From: Camelus ferus
Taxonomy: Eukaryota
Direction: 5' to 3'
Assembly: GCF_009834535.1 (NCBI RefSeq)
Contig: NC_045697.1
Coordinates: 121,212,001-121,270,977, forward strand
DNA length: 58,977 bases
A program made the position numbers and the translations under genes. The notes under the pieces were generated by a model. It was not told the origin of the DNA. It did no database searches and saw only the letters and a program-made list of their open reading frames with translations. Below, piece after piece: positions 1 to 12,400 of this stretch (positions are counted from its first letter, which is position 1; every line of letters begins with the position of its first letter).

Positions 1-180
1 CAATAACAACAACAAAAATAACTGGAAAGTAGTTAACAAAATACAAAGTTGTATCAAGAGTACTTCATAATGGAAGGGACAAAAATAAGAAAAACAAACA
101 AATGCAAATAAGAATACATGGAAATTCTAATCACATGCTAGCAAAAACAAACTGTGAATATAAGAAAAAAAGAACAGATT

Positions 181-709
181 TATAACAGAGAAGAACAAAC
201 CTGACTCCATATTGGACCCATTCCTTTAGCTCTAACCTCTATGCTCTGTTGCTTGTGCTTAGGCATGTTGGCTCTGCCCCTTTTATAAAGGAATGTTGCC
301 TATAGCCTGAAATATACAGGAGAGCCCATTCTCAAGGCTCTGACCTTTAAAGCTATGACACTTCTTCCATTCATGTAGAGATTAATTAAGAGTTGCAGAA
401 CAGAAAATAACAACTGTCTTGTTGGAGGGTTACAGGAACATTGTGACCAGACCTATGTGGACAGCTGGAAACATAAAGAAGGGATTCTGGCACCAAGAAG
501 TGTGCAAAAAACCAGCCACATTCCTGCCCTTTTAGTATAAAAGAAGCCTAAATTCTAGCTTGGGTAAGACGATTCTTTCAGACACTAGTTCACCGTCTTC
601 TCAGTTAGCTGGTTTTCCAAATAAAGTCGCTATTCCTTGCCCCACTGCCTCATCTCTTAATTTATTGGCCTGTCGTGCAGCAAGCAGTATGAGCTTGGAC
701 TCAGCAACA
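181..709 (+). mobile_element. Solo ERV1 LTR, MER41-like (artiodactyl type), inserted in an L1 3' UTR
   Basis: Begins TATAACAGAGAAGAACAAACCTGACTCCATAT, has AATAAA at ~620 and ends ...CTCAGCAACA. The interrupted L1 3' UTR (ACAGA..|..CTCACAGA..AGAGAACAAACCAGTGG) resumes at 710. Confidence 0.7.
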
Positions 710-968
710 GACCTCACAGATGGTAGAGAACAAACCAGTGGTGACATATAGGAAGAAAGTGGGAGGGGCAAGATAGGGATAGGGAATTAAGAGGTGCAAC
801 CTATAATGCATAAAATCAATAATCTGCAAGGGTATATTCTATACCACAGGGGCTATAGCCAGTATTGTATCATAACTGTAGACGGAATATAACCTTTAAA
901 AATTATAATCCTATGTTGTACACCTAAAACTAATTTAATATTGTACATCAGCTATCTCAATGGAAAAA
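710..968 (+). mobile_element. L1 3' UTR end (artiodactyl type)
   Basis: Typical terminus GTTGTACACCTAAAACTAATTTAATATTGTACATCAGCTATCTCAAT followed by an A tract. Confidence 0.7.
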
Positions 969-2009
969 TCACATGCTTGTGTCAGAAGGCCTAACATCGT
1001 ATATATAAATTAATATAATTCACATGATCTCAATAACAAATAGCATCATGATTCTTCTGGAAAGCGAGGGTGTGATTATGCCATGCATATAAAAAATAAA
1101 CGAAGAATAGCCAGATACTGAAATGCATTATGACGCAAACAGATATTAAAATAGCACAATAAGAGGCTATAATTAAAGCAGTGCAGTGATGTAAGATGGT
1201 GATAACAGGCACAGATGGAGCAATGGAAGAGGACTAAGTCCAGATACAGATCCGAAGGGGATAGGGCAGTTTAGGAGATGCTAAAAGTCGCCTTTTAAAT
1301 TAGTAACTATTCACAAATGGTGTTTGAAACAACTGAATGGCCACCTTGAAAAAAATAATTAACTTTTATTTCTATTTTATATACACCACCAAAATAAATG
1401 CCAGACTGATGGAAGATTTAAATGAATAAATATGGAATTATAAAAACACAAGGAACAATGGGAGAATGTTTTTTAACTCAGAGCGGAGTACTTGATTTCA
1501 GTCTTTAGATCAAAGTGTATCATCAGATGTCATGCTTCCTACTTGGAGCAAGTTGCTTAGCCCCTTAACAGAGACCATATTAATGTTGCTGTAAAACACT
1601 GTTTATGGAGACTGTCCTGCCACATCTCTCACTGTAACCTCGCCATGAAAAAATTCCTTCTAGGTTTTTCCTTCTAAGAAGTGCTCTGCTTCTCCTGAGG
1701 AACTCATGCATCAAGCTTTCCATGTAAGAACATCAATTCTGTGTCACTTTTTCTTTTGGCTACCTTGAAACTCCCAGTTAAATTTGAAACCTGGATCATT
1801 GTCTGTTATGACTACGATTCTTACTGTCTTTTTCTTTGTCCCAATTTTCTCTTTATAGTTCAGTATTATATATCCTTGAGTCATTACTATGAGCCACCTC
1901 ACATCTACTATTAATATCCCAAAAGGCAAGGTATTAATAAATACAAATAGCACATCAGATTATCTCGTCTGATCCTCAGAAATGCCTGGTGTGGGGTAGA
2001 ATAGTATTG

Positions 2010-2213
2010 CAACTTTTATCTCTGAATGGAAAAGTGTTATACCCTTAAAGGTCAGAGCCTTGAAAAGGGCTGTCCCGTATATTTCAGGATATAGGCAACA
2101 CTCTTATTACAAAAGGTGCAGAACCAGCATGACTAAGCACAGGAAACTGTGCACAGGGTAAGCGCTAAAGGGACAGATCTAATATGGAGTCAGATTTGTT
2201 CTTCCCTATTACA
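2010..2213 (-). mobile_element. 5' fragment of the same MER41-like LTR family, inverted
   Basis: Reverse complement TGTAATAGGGAAGAACAAATCTGACTCCATATTAG...CCTGAAATATAC...TCAAGGCTCTGACCTTTAA aligns to 181-385 with many mismatches. Confidence 0.75.
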
Positions 2214-2606
2214 TAAACTGTTCTTTTTTCTCGAAGTGAGCTTTCTCTCCCCTCCAATCAAATGTCTGCAGATGCTTTAAAACCTTTCTTCATGCCTCCA
2301 GGCAGAACCCGAGGTCCTCTTAGGGGTCCGGGCAGGACAGTTCACCCATCAGTCACTACGCTCCTCCCTGTAGGTTATGTTTGTTTCTTTTATGAGAATA
2401 ATGACAGATGGGTAAAGTTGAGTTCCCACATATACATTATTTTCATATAATATATTTATTCTTTGTCCATACGTTTTTCCTTCCAGTAGGGAGCTAGAGT
2501 CAATTATTATGTGTTCTCAGGGTTACTGTTGAGTTTTGCAGTTTATGATGAAAAAGTCAGATCTGGGAAGATCTGACTGTCCAGTGGTATTTAAAAACAA
2601 ACACTA

Positions 2607-2790
2607 AGGAAGGAGAGTATGGTTCAAGTGGTAGAGCGCATGCTTAGCATGCACAAGATCCTAGGTTCGATCCCCGGTACCTCCTCTAAAAATAAAATAA
2701 ATAAACCTAATTACCTCCCCACTCCACACCAAAAAAAAAAAAAAAAAAAAAAAAAGCCAACTATAAAGTTAAACTTGGATTGAAATAAAA
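2607..2790 (+). mobile_element. Camelid tRNA-derived SINE (Vic-1-like) with 15-bp target-site duplication
   Basis: A box (GTTCAAGTGGTAGAGC) and B box (GGTTCGATCCC), body CTTAGCATGCAC...AAATAAACCTAATTACCTCCCCC, then a poly(A). TSD TAAAAACAAACACTA at 2592-2606 and 2791-2805. Confidence 0.85.
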
Positions 2791-3319
2791 TAAAAACAAA
2801 CACTAGTCTTAACACTGAAGAATGATAAAGCGGTGCTTACTGCTAAATTGTCATTACCGTGTGAGCAGGGATCTTTGACTTAGCTGGCATTATTTTTGTC
2901 TTCTCATTTCCCCACTGGTATATCTCAAATACATAGAACCACAGGGTAAGGACTCAATGAATCTTTGTTGATTAACAATGTTGATGAGAAAGTGGGTTAT
3001 TACTTCTTGATTCAACCTGAATGACTACTATTTCCCAAAGATCTAAATGTTTTCCTATTGAGTGGAATCCCCTTGCTAATGACAAATTTTAAAACCATTG
3101 CCTTTTATACACAAAATGAATCATTGAATTTATATCTTTATGTTGAATAGTGTAATTGTGATTTACATACTTGAGTGTTCAGAAATTTAATTCTTGGTCT
3201 AAATAACTCGGCAAAATACTGCTTGATTACTTTCATGTGTGTTTGCAGGACTATTTCATTCAACCAACAAATATATATTGAAGCCTGATCTGAGTCAGAT
3301 CTTGTTCTGGGAGTTGCAC

Positions 3320-3572
3320 GTGTAAGCATAAGGGTTAAGAGCACAGACTTTGAATTGAGAACGTCTGATTCCAGTACTGGCTCTGCCATTAACTAGCTGT
3401 GTAACCTGGGCACGTTAAGTTCTCTACACCTCAGTTTCCTCATCAAAAAAATGGGAATAAAAATAGAATAGACATCTTAGAATTGTTATAAGGTTTAAAT
3501 GAGTTCATATTTACAGAGTCCTTGGAACAATCCCTGGCAAATAGTAGGTACTATGTAAGTGCTTGTTAAATA
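3320..3572 (+). mobile_element. MIR SINE
   Basis: GGTTAAGAGCACAGACTTTG...CTAGCTGTGTAACCTGGGCA...CCTCAGTTTCCTCATC..AAAATGGGAATAA core. Confidence 0.85.
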
Positions 3573-4599
3573 CAACATTAAAAATCAAAAGCTCTGCTAC
3601 AGTATAGCTTCCATCATAGTGGGGATGAAACGGCTGGGAAAGCCAACAAATGGATAAGCAAGTAAATACACATTTTGTCCAGTGATGGTAAAGGTTATAT
3701 AATAAAATAAAGTGGGGAACGGAGAGTGATAGGGTCAGCCTAGGAATTGCTTTTTCAGGTGGAGTAGACAGATAGTCTCTCTGATAAGATGAGGGATGAG
3801 TAAGGTGAAGAACTGAGCCATGAGGAGGTTAAGAACAATCACCCTTACATTACCAGGGTCCATTCTTTGAAGGTCATTATTAGTCATGTTCTCAGTCTGA
3901 TTTGTGCGTGGTGCAATCTATCATTACAAGAGAGATACTCATTATAATGCTTTACTCAAAATCTAAATATAGGAATTAATTTGGAAACACTAAAAACAAT
4001 CACCATAACATCTATTCTCAGATTTGTATTGTCTTTAAGTGGGTATAGATTCTTCTGTTCCACAAATATCAGAGGTGTCACATTATGTAATGACATCTTG
4101 GCTGTCAGGAAACCAAACCTCACAACTTCGTTTTGGGGAGGTTATTTTCTTTTAAGCTCTTGGGGGGGGGGACACTTTTTCCATCATTGTAGATTCCTCT
4201 GGCTTCTGAATAAATACCAGAAATAGTTTCTTTCCTAAATGACACCCACGAGTACTCTCATGTTCCACAAAAGCTTACAGATAGAACAGCAGTGCCTGGT
4301 AAGTGTCGTCTCCATCACACTGATTCAGTCAGGGTCCTGGGGCTCCCTCGTGGTTGAAAGAACCATTTGGGAAGAGTGCATATGCTGCCTCATTTCCTAC
4401 CAGAAAATGATCCAGCCTCAAGGAGAACAGAATTCACCTTCTCTCCCATTCTGCTTTTCAATTTTGTGAATTAATATTTAAGAATTTAGTCATGGGATTA
4501 TGGAGAGTGGTAGAAATAAAAGGAAAAAAGGGGTGGGGGGGGCCAAGAAAGGTAAATAGAAAATTCTTTTTATATCAGCTAAGTGTTCATCCTCTAAAC

Positions 4600-4825
4600 C
4601 AGGGTTTCTCAATCTCAGCACTGTTGACATTTCAAGTCAGTAATCTTTGGTGTGGGAGCTGTCCTGTGCATTGTGGGATGTTCAGCAGCACTCTGGGCTT
4701 TTACACTAAATGCCAGTAGCATCCCCTCCCATCCCCTCATCCCCACCCATGTGATAACCAGAAATGTCTCCAGGCACTGCCAAATGTCCCATTGGAGGAA
4801 AATCGTCCCTGCTTGAGAACCACTG
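4600..4825 (+). mobile_element. MER20 (hAT-Charlie) non-autonomous DNA transposon
   Basis: TIRs CAGGGTTTCTCAA and TTGAGAACCACTG. 8-bp TSD CTCTAAAC (4592-4599) and CTCTAAGC (4826-4833). Internal AATGTCTCCAGGCACTGCCAAATGTCCC. Confidence 0.85.
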
Positions 4826-6036
4826 CTCTAAGCCTACTCTAATAGCACTTTTTGAATAAATTATTAATAATTTAAATTTAATCATGTATATATATATATA
4901 TGTAAGCATGCATGTATGAATGAGAATTATCTCAGAGAACATTAAGCCAGTAATCCTAATTAACTAAACCAGTAGATTTCAAAATTTTTCCTCAAATTGT
5001 GTTTTATTTATTTACTTATACTCCTATCTCTCCCTTCCACAATTAGTTCCCCAATTCCCTGTGTCCCACAGTAAATCACAGAGTCTATGACAACCAATAA
5101 ACAGCTGAACTCTTACCATGACTCTTGTTTTGACTAATTCTAATGTGAAAGTAAAAGAAATGATGCATAAAGTACCCAAAATATTTTAACTGATTTTAGT
5201 CAATAGCATCAATTTCTACCAGCACCTTAATAAAAGTGTTTTTAAAATTGCTAGGTTGAAAGATTTTCACATCACGTACTATGAGACTTTTATTGTGATT
5301 TGTTTCAGGTACTGAATCGAAACTAAAGGATATATGAGCTGGGAAGTGGGGAGTCAAGGGCATAATAATCAGCCGCTGAATCATACATACAAGCTTTTCT
5401 TTCCAGGAATAGGCAATAAATAAAAGCTAGAGAAACATAATAATACATCCATAAATACTGTGTGTGTTCTCTGTGTTCTGTTCTCTTCCCTGTGAATCGT
5501 AAAATTTGTTCTGAGGAGCCCAGGTTGTGTGGACATAATCACACCCTTTAGACTAAGAGACGTGTGAGGACAGAGAAAAATATTTCAGCAGCTTGAGAGA
5601 AAAAAATCCAAAACTTTAGGGCTCAGTCCCCTGCCAGGAGGCTGGCAAACCTCATGCAAAAGAGAGGCTACAAACTGCAAAAAGTAATTCTGCTTTTGTA
5701 AAGTTTGTGCTGGAGCTGACCCTGCTCCATACCTCCCCCACCTCTCTGCCCACTCTGTGTCTAACCCCAGCTTGTGATGGAATCCTTGTTTATTTTATTT
5801 ATGTTTATTTAGCTTGGAAATTTCCAGCATCGATTTCTTGGTTGAGCTGCTTCTCCAGTCTTCAGCCCACAACTTTTGCCTCTTAGCTCACAGTCATTCT
5901 TCCCAGAAGTGCTCTTATTATCTCAAATAATGGGGAGCCAATGAGAAAGGGAAGAAGGGCCTACCTGGGAAGGTGAACATTGAATAATTACAATACAGAG
6001 GGACGAGTATTGTGAAAAGGAAATTATGGGGGGTCT

Positions 6037-6480
6037 TGTGGCTTGAACTATCCCCCCCAAAGATATATTGAACTTCTAACCCCCCAGTACCTATGAATGC
6101 ACACCTATTTGGAAATAGTCTTTCCAGATAAAATCAAATTCGTTGTAGTCATTAAGGTGAGTGCTAATCCAGTATGATTGGCATCCTTGTAAGAAAAGGA
6201 AAACACTATCTAAACACAGAGATGCAGAGACACAGAGAGAAGGCCACCTGATGACAGAGGCAGAGGTCGGAGTGATGCAGCAAAAGCCAAGGAACGCCAG
6301 TGATGCTGGCCACTTCCAGAAGACAGGATGAGGCAAGGAAGGATTCCACCCAGAGAGAGCCCTGCTGACACCTTGGTTTTGACTTTCTAGCTTCCAGAAC
6401 TGTGAGAAAAATAAATGTCTGTTGTTTTAAGTCACCAAGTTTGTGGTGTGCTGTCATGGCAGCCCCAGGACACTAGGACA
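6037..6480 (+). mobile_element. MaLR solo LTR (MLT1B/C-like), nested in L2
   Basis: CCCCCCAAAGATAT...TATTTGGAAATAG...AGCCAAGGAACGCCAG...CTTCCAGAACTGTGAGAAAAATAAATGTCTGTTGTTTTAAG...ACTAGGACA. Confidence 0.85.
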
Positions 6481-8030
6481 GGGGTTACAGGAGCATAGAG
6501 CAGTGGGGGGTGACTCTCATCTGCAGTTCAGGCAAAAATCCCAAAGAATTTATATTTAAGCTGAAATCTGAAGAATGAGTAAGCATCTACTAGGAGAGAA
6601 GAGGAGGGGGAACTCTTCAGACAATAGGCATGGTGTATGGAAAGGCCTGAAGGCAAGAAAACCAAGATCTCATTAAATGACGAAAAAAAATTAACATGGC
6701 TGATGACCAAGTGTGACTGGAAGGATGGGCAGAGACGAGTCTGGAAATGGCACTGGATCCAAGTCAGGGAAGCCTCCAAATGACGTGTTGAAGAATTTTC
6801 ACTTTATCCCGAAGAAGATGAGAAAGCACTGAAAATATCTGAGTAGAGAAGCTGTATCCTGAGGAATTGTGTTTGATTTAATCAAATAGTCCAGCCACAG
6901 CATGAAGAATGGACTGGATGGGAGCAAGACCCCAGGAGAGGAGGACAGTTAGCTACAGCAGTATTTATGTGAGCTATGGTGGTGGCCCAAACTAGGGTGG
7001 TAGTTACAGGATGAAAATGAATGGCCAAGTTTAAAGAATTAAGAGATATCTGGAGGACTGAGTCCATACGAGTTGATGACTGACTGGTATATGGAAATGA
7101 AGAAAAGGGAAGAGGACTTATTGATGAATCCAGACTTTCTGCCTGGTTGAGACAGTGGATGATGGCACCATTTTACTGAGAAAGAAAGAACACAAAAGGG
7201 GGAGCATGATGTTTGACGTGCTTGTGGAAATTCTAAGAGGAGGTGTCTATAATGCAGTTTAGATGAATTGGGCTCAGGAAAGGGGGTTAGAGTGTAATAT
7301 AGATTTGGGACTCATTAGCACAGAGCTGAGAACTGCAGCTATGGAAAAGGATAAAGTAGGTGAGAGAAAAGATGTAGTGTGAGAAGAAAAGAATACCAAG
7401 AACAGACACAGAAGACACCAACTTTTAGTGGCATGCAAATCAATATGGAACTGAGAAAGGACTCGGCGGTGCTGTACACCTGAAACCAACATTCTAAATC
7501 AACTACACTTCAATTAAAAAATTTTTTTAAGAATTCATATTGGTTGGTCAAAGGGCAAGAGGAGAAGAGGTTAGAACGTGATGTTCTAGAAGATAAAGAA
7601 GCATTTCCAGAATGAGTCACAGTGTCAAATAATTCACAGATCGAGACTGTCAAAGTCACTAAAATTGTCAATGTGGCGCTAAAGAGTTTTCAGAGGCAGA
7701 ATGGAGGCTAAGATTTCAGTGGATGGAGGAATCAGAGAGAAGTGAAATACATGAATTCTTTTAAAAATTTGTAGTGGTGGCAGAAGGCTACTGATGGAGC
7801 TTAGCTCAGAAAAGATGCAGGATTGATACACACTTTCAACATAAAGAGGCGGTAGAATCTTTGCTGGTAGGAAGGAGAGAACAGTATTGATGGGGCATCA
7901 CTGATAACAGGAGATATAAGGTAGAAGTGATGGTTTAGGAAGGAAATTTTCAGAGAAGAGAGAGTTGGGGGTTTAGACCGCATGCAGAACAATCATCTCA
8001 TCCTCTGAGACAAGAGGAAAGGAAGTGAGG
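6481..8030 (-). mobile_element. Degraded L2 LINE, with a short L1 3' tip inserted at ~7460-7530
   Basis: Purine-rich L2-type motifs, e.g. GGAGGTGTCT..ATGCAGTT, GATTTGGGA.TCATTAGCA, GTGTCAAAT. L1 tip GCTGTACACCTGAAACCAACATTCTAAATCAACTACACTTCAATTAAAA. Confidence 0.65.
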
Positions 8031-8669
8031 GAGCCAAGGGAGGTTTGGGATAAGAGTTCCAGATTTATAATAAAGGGAAACTACTTAGTGTTCCTAGACT
8101 CTGAGCCGGTTGAGGAAACTTGATGGGAACTTGGATTCTCTCCCTCGGGGACAGGGTGCAGGTGTTCTAGGAGTGAAAAGTAGTATGTAGATAAATACTT
8201 AGTCAGAAGAGCTACTTGTCCCCTAGTATCCATTTTCTTCTTCTTCCTTTTAGTAATAGAAGCTGGAAATAGGTCTACCATCTAGAGATTACTTTTCTCT
8301 CTTTTCTTTCCATATAACCAGGTTCAAATTAATGAGGTATGAGAGGAACTACTGTGTGCAACTTCTGAGTCATCTCTTTAACTAAAATGCTTCTTGCTCT
8401 GAACTCTCTCTTTCGCCTTCCTAAGGTCAGGAGGATGTACAGAGATGTGAATTAGTCTAAAATATTCAGACAAGGACACACTATAGTGAATGGCAAAGCA
8501 ATAAGGTGAGACATTGTGTCCATGGAGCTTGGCTGTGGATGAAACTCTTGTTTTTCTTAGTAAGATGGGTACAGATGGAAGACGTGGTTCAATTCTATTT
8601 GGACATTTTAAGTAATTCAGAGGAACAGAACTCATGAACAAATAGCTGAGAAAGGAAATAGTTTTTGTT

Positions 8670-9080
8670 TAAGTTAGGGTTGGACTTACCGCTATAACAA
8701 ACAGATCTCAATATTCCGCACTTTATATGATAAAACTGTATTTCCTGATCACATAACAGTCTGACCTCTGGGTATGGCTGATCAGATAACTCTCCTCCCT
8801 GCAGCAGCAGGGACACAGAGTCCTTTTCATCTTGTGTTCTCTTCTTCAGTATCGGGTTTTTTCAAGGTCACCATGGGGATCATTTCCATTCCTGCCACCT
8901 AGAAGTGGAAAGAGCACGGAGGATTGTGTTTCAGAAGTGTCGGTTGACTCAGCCAGGACACAGCACATTCACTTCCGTGCACATCTGATTGGCAGAACTG
9001 AGTCAAAGAGCCTTACCTGACTGCAAGGAAAGCTGTGGAAGAGGCCCAGGGGGAGAGAATAAGCTTGGTGATCTCTTCTA
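8670..9080 (-). mobile_element. Old MaLR LTR (MLT1J/K-like)
   Basis: GCTATAACAAACAGA...CACATCTGATTGGCAGAACTGAGTCA...CTGACTGCAAGG motifs. Confidence 0.5.
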
Positions 9081-9459
9081 CCAAGTGAGCATAAAGTAAC
9101 TATTGAAACCCTGTAGACTTGTATCTATCTCCTGGAATCTAGATCTTTTCATCCCTGTTGCCCCGCAGGTGCTTTGCATCCTCCATCCCTTTTAATGACA
9201 GGCATTAAAAAAGCAGATGCAAAGAATTGTTTTTATTAATAGAGCTTTAAATTTCTTATGAGATCTGTATAAAAATGTCATGATCATTTTACCACATATT
9301 CTCCCAAACCCGTGTCCTTTCCTATTCTGTGTCTCCAGTCATCCCCAACCGGTTTCATTGCCCTCAGAATTTAAAGTTACATCAGTAGCCAGGAAGCCAC
9401 TCTATTCATGTTACCAGATTTTGTGATAATCCCAGAAATTTTAAGACTTACTCCCAATG

Positions 9460-10250
9460 TAGGGTATGAGACAGGCATGTAAGCAGACTGTACAATGTGA
9501 TAAATGCTACAATAGAATTATGTGCAAGATGAAACAATAAAGTAGAAGGAGGAACTCCTAAATTAGGCAAAGAGGTGAGATGAATTCACAGATGAGAAAA
9601 AGGCTTTAGCTAAGCTTCAGAGGATGAAGATAGCTCACTAAGAGAGAAAGAATGTGTGAAGGGACAGAGACACGGTCAGATAATAGCAAGAAGTTCAGTT
9701 TGTCTGGACCAAAGAGTAAATGGGATGCATTACAGTAGAAGAGACAGTCGAGAGGTCACATTCGGATTATGAAAACGGCATGCATAGACTGAAGATCTTT
9801 GTTTTCTTCCTTTGTAAATTTGGGATGCTCTTAAAGAATAATTGCATAAGTAGTTAGCATATGGTGGCTAAGCTGGACAGTCTGAGACCGGAGACGGGAA
9901 GACTACCCAGAAATTTCTTCAACTGTCTAATTGAGAAATCATGGTGGATTGCATTAAGGTGATTCCAGAGAGAAAGAAATAGGAAATATACTGAGTATGT
10001 AGAGTATGAAACATGGTGAGAATTAGTGATAAGTATTAAGAAAGAGGACTTTGACATTAAGCCCTGGGTGTCTGGCTTAGATTCCTAGGAAAGAATGTAA
10101 TGAAAGGAATATAATGAAGGAAGCAGATATCCCATCTTCCAAGGAGAAGATCAGGTATGATGGCTTCAACATGGCTAGACTGAGTTTGAGGTATGTAGAA
10201 GAATATCACCATCTGGAGATTCTCAGAGGAGATTTTATAGAATAGATCCA
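9460..10250 (-). mobile_element. Degraded L2 LINE
   Basis: ACAATGTGATAAATGCTACAATAGA...GACTGAGTTTGAGGT motifs typical of reverse L2. Confidence 0.55.
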
Positions 10251-10699
10251 TTCAAATATTCCCATTTCTCTGAGCCTCTGAGTCCTTCCTCAACACTGTG
10301 CCAAGGCAACTGTGGCATCTTCACCTCGTTTAATGTGGGCTGTTGTTTCTTCCAAACTTAGGAGCCATACTAGCAGTGTAAGAATGGTTCCAGGAGCCCT
10401 TGCCAGAGCGTCATAATCTAAGTCATTGGAGGATGACATATATCAATAAATTCATCCTTATCCAGCCTTACCTTCTGCCTCCACGCCCTGGTCCAGCTTC
10501 CTCAATATCCATTTCCACACCCCTGTCTAGGGATTACTGTTCTCCAGCACATCTACCCTGATGTTTCTATCCCAAGTCTCTGAGTCCCATCACTTTCCCA
10601 TCAGGGTCTAGCTTTGGCTTAGAAGACTTGTCAAGGTTACAAATTCACTTCTTCCTTTCTGATATTCTGTTTTTCCTTTCTGAATTCAGGTCCAAGGAC

Positions 10700-11130
10700 A
10701 GGGTTTATAAGAAACTTCAGAGACATAAGAACCAAATGCAATGAGTAGTTCTTGATTGGATTCTGAAGAAAACAGTTGTAAAAGACATTTTGGAAAAAAA
10801 ATATAAAAATGTAAATAAGGATTGTGTGCTAAGTAGTACATATGATGGGGTTCTCGGCGGGGGTTTGTTTGGTGTGATGGCAGTGGTGTGGCTGTGCAAG
10901 AAGGAGTCCTTGTCTTTGAAGATGCAGGCTGTGGTATTCAGAGGGCAGAGCGTGGTGATGTACGTGGTTTCCTTTGGAATGCTTCAGCAAAAAAAAAAAA
11001 AAAAGAAGAAGCAAGTATGGCAGAACATCAACTATTGTTATATCCAAGTGTTGTAGATATGGGTGTCCATTATAGTATTCTCTCCACTTTTCTGCATGTT
11101 TGAAATTTTTTATAATAATAAGTAATAAAA
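10700..11130 (+). mobile_element. Old L1 (L1ME-like) 3' end
   Basis: AACCAAATGCAATG..GATTGGATTCTG..TAAAAGACATTTTGG and terminus TTTTCTGCATGTTTGAAATTTTTTATAATAA. Confidence 0.65.
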
Positions 11131-11659
11131 GGTATTTATAGAGGAAGGAGAAGCTTATACAGGTGTGATAGGTCAAGATGAGGAAACGACCAGGAATCTC
11201 ACAGTAGAAACCTTTAGGATGGAATGGTCCCAGAAGTGGTCCCAGAAGTGATGCCAAAACTGTCTCTCCGGTTCTTGGAGGATGACATACTGGGCAGCCT
11301 GCAAAGGGCTCTCCCCACTTACATGCAGAGGGAGGAAAGATTCCCTACTATAGGAGTCAATGCTCTGAAATGCTATTTCAAAGAAAATCAAACAAAATAA
11401 GAATATATCTGCTCCTAAATATAACACTTGCTTTCTCCCTCCTCCACAAATATTTCATTTTTAAATGAGCAATTAACTCTTCAAACTACCAAAATACCAC
11501 ACAAACTCTTTTCTACAATTCCTCCTTGTATCTTAGAATACGTTTAATCCTTGGAATGAAGTCCAAAACAGAATCACTTCATACTAAGTTCAATTTTAGT
11601 ATTGAGATTCTACTGTACAGAGAGAAAAGTATTGCTCACATTGCTATTAGGACGCATAG

Positions 11660-11823
11660 TTTGTTCCAGGAGTCCCACCTCTGGGTATACATCCAAAGAA
11701 AACAAAATCATTATCCTGAAGAGATATCTGTACGCCCATATTCACTGCAGTATTATTCTCAATAGCCAGGTATAGAAACAATGTAAGTGTCCATCAACAG
11801 ATGAATGAATGAAGAAGAAAATG

Positions 11824-11857
<34 letters not shown>

Positions 11858-12400
11858 GATATAATATATAAAAATATATATAATGACATATTTTTTCAGC
11901 CTTTAAAAAAGAAGGATGTCCTGCCATTTGTGATGACATAGAATAACTTGAAGGGCATTATGCTAAGTGAAATAAGACAGACAAATATTGAATATATGAC
12001 TTATATGTGGAATCTAAAAAGAAAAGAAAGAAAAAAGTCAAATCTACAAACAGAGTAGAACGGTGGCTGCCAGGGGGGGTGGGGGGTGGAAATTATAGAG
12101 AGGCTGGTAAAAGGGTACAAACTTTCAGGTGTAAGATGAGTAAGGTTTGAAGATCTAATGTGTAACATGGTGACTATAGTTGATAATACTGTATTATGTA
12201 ATTGAAATTGTTAAGAGAGTGAAACTTAAATGTTCTCACCAAGAAAAGAAAAAAGCATGAGGCAATGGGTATGTTAACTCGATGCTAGAAAACTTTGCAC
12301 AGTGTATTCATATATCAAATCATCACTTTGTACACTTTAAATACATTACCATTTTAATTTATTTGTCAATTACATTTCAACAAAGCTGAAGGGGAAAACA
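11660..12400 (+). mobile_element. L1 3' end (L1MA-like) with internal (TA)n at ~11825-11853
   Basis: TGTCCATCAACAGATGAATG, CATTATGCTAAGTGAAATAAG, AAAGGGTACAAACTTTCAG, TGTACACTTTAAA. Confidence 0.8.

Noticed and set aside
181..2213. Two related LTRs as a provirus or inverted-repeat system
   Set aside because: They are in opposite orientation, clearly diverged, one is truncated, and no gag/pol lies between them. Independent insertions explain this.
2611..2685. Possible tRNA-Ala gene
   Set aside because: It has a SINE body, poly(A) and TSD, and a degenerate acceptor stem, so it is a tRNA-derived SINE.
10426..11289. 15-bp direct repeat TTGGAGGATGACATA at 10426-10440 and 11275-11289
   Set aside because: The enclosed sequence is not a single element with a poly(A) end, so a TSD interpretation is unsupported.
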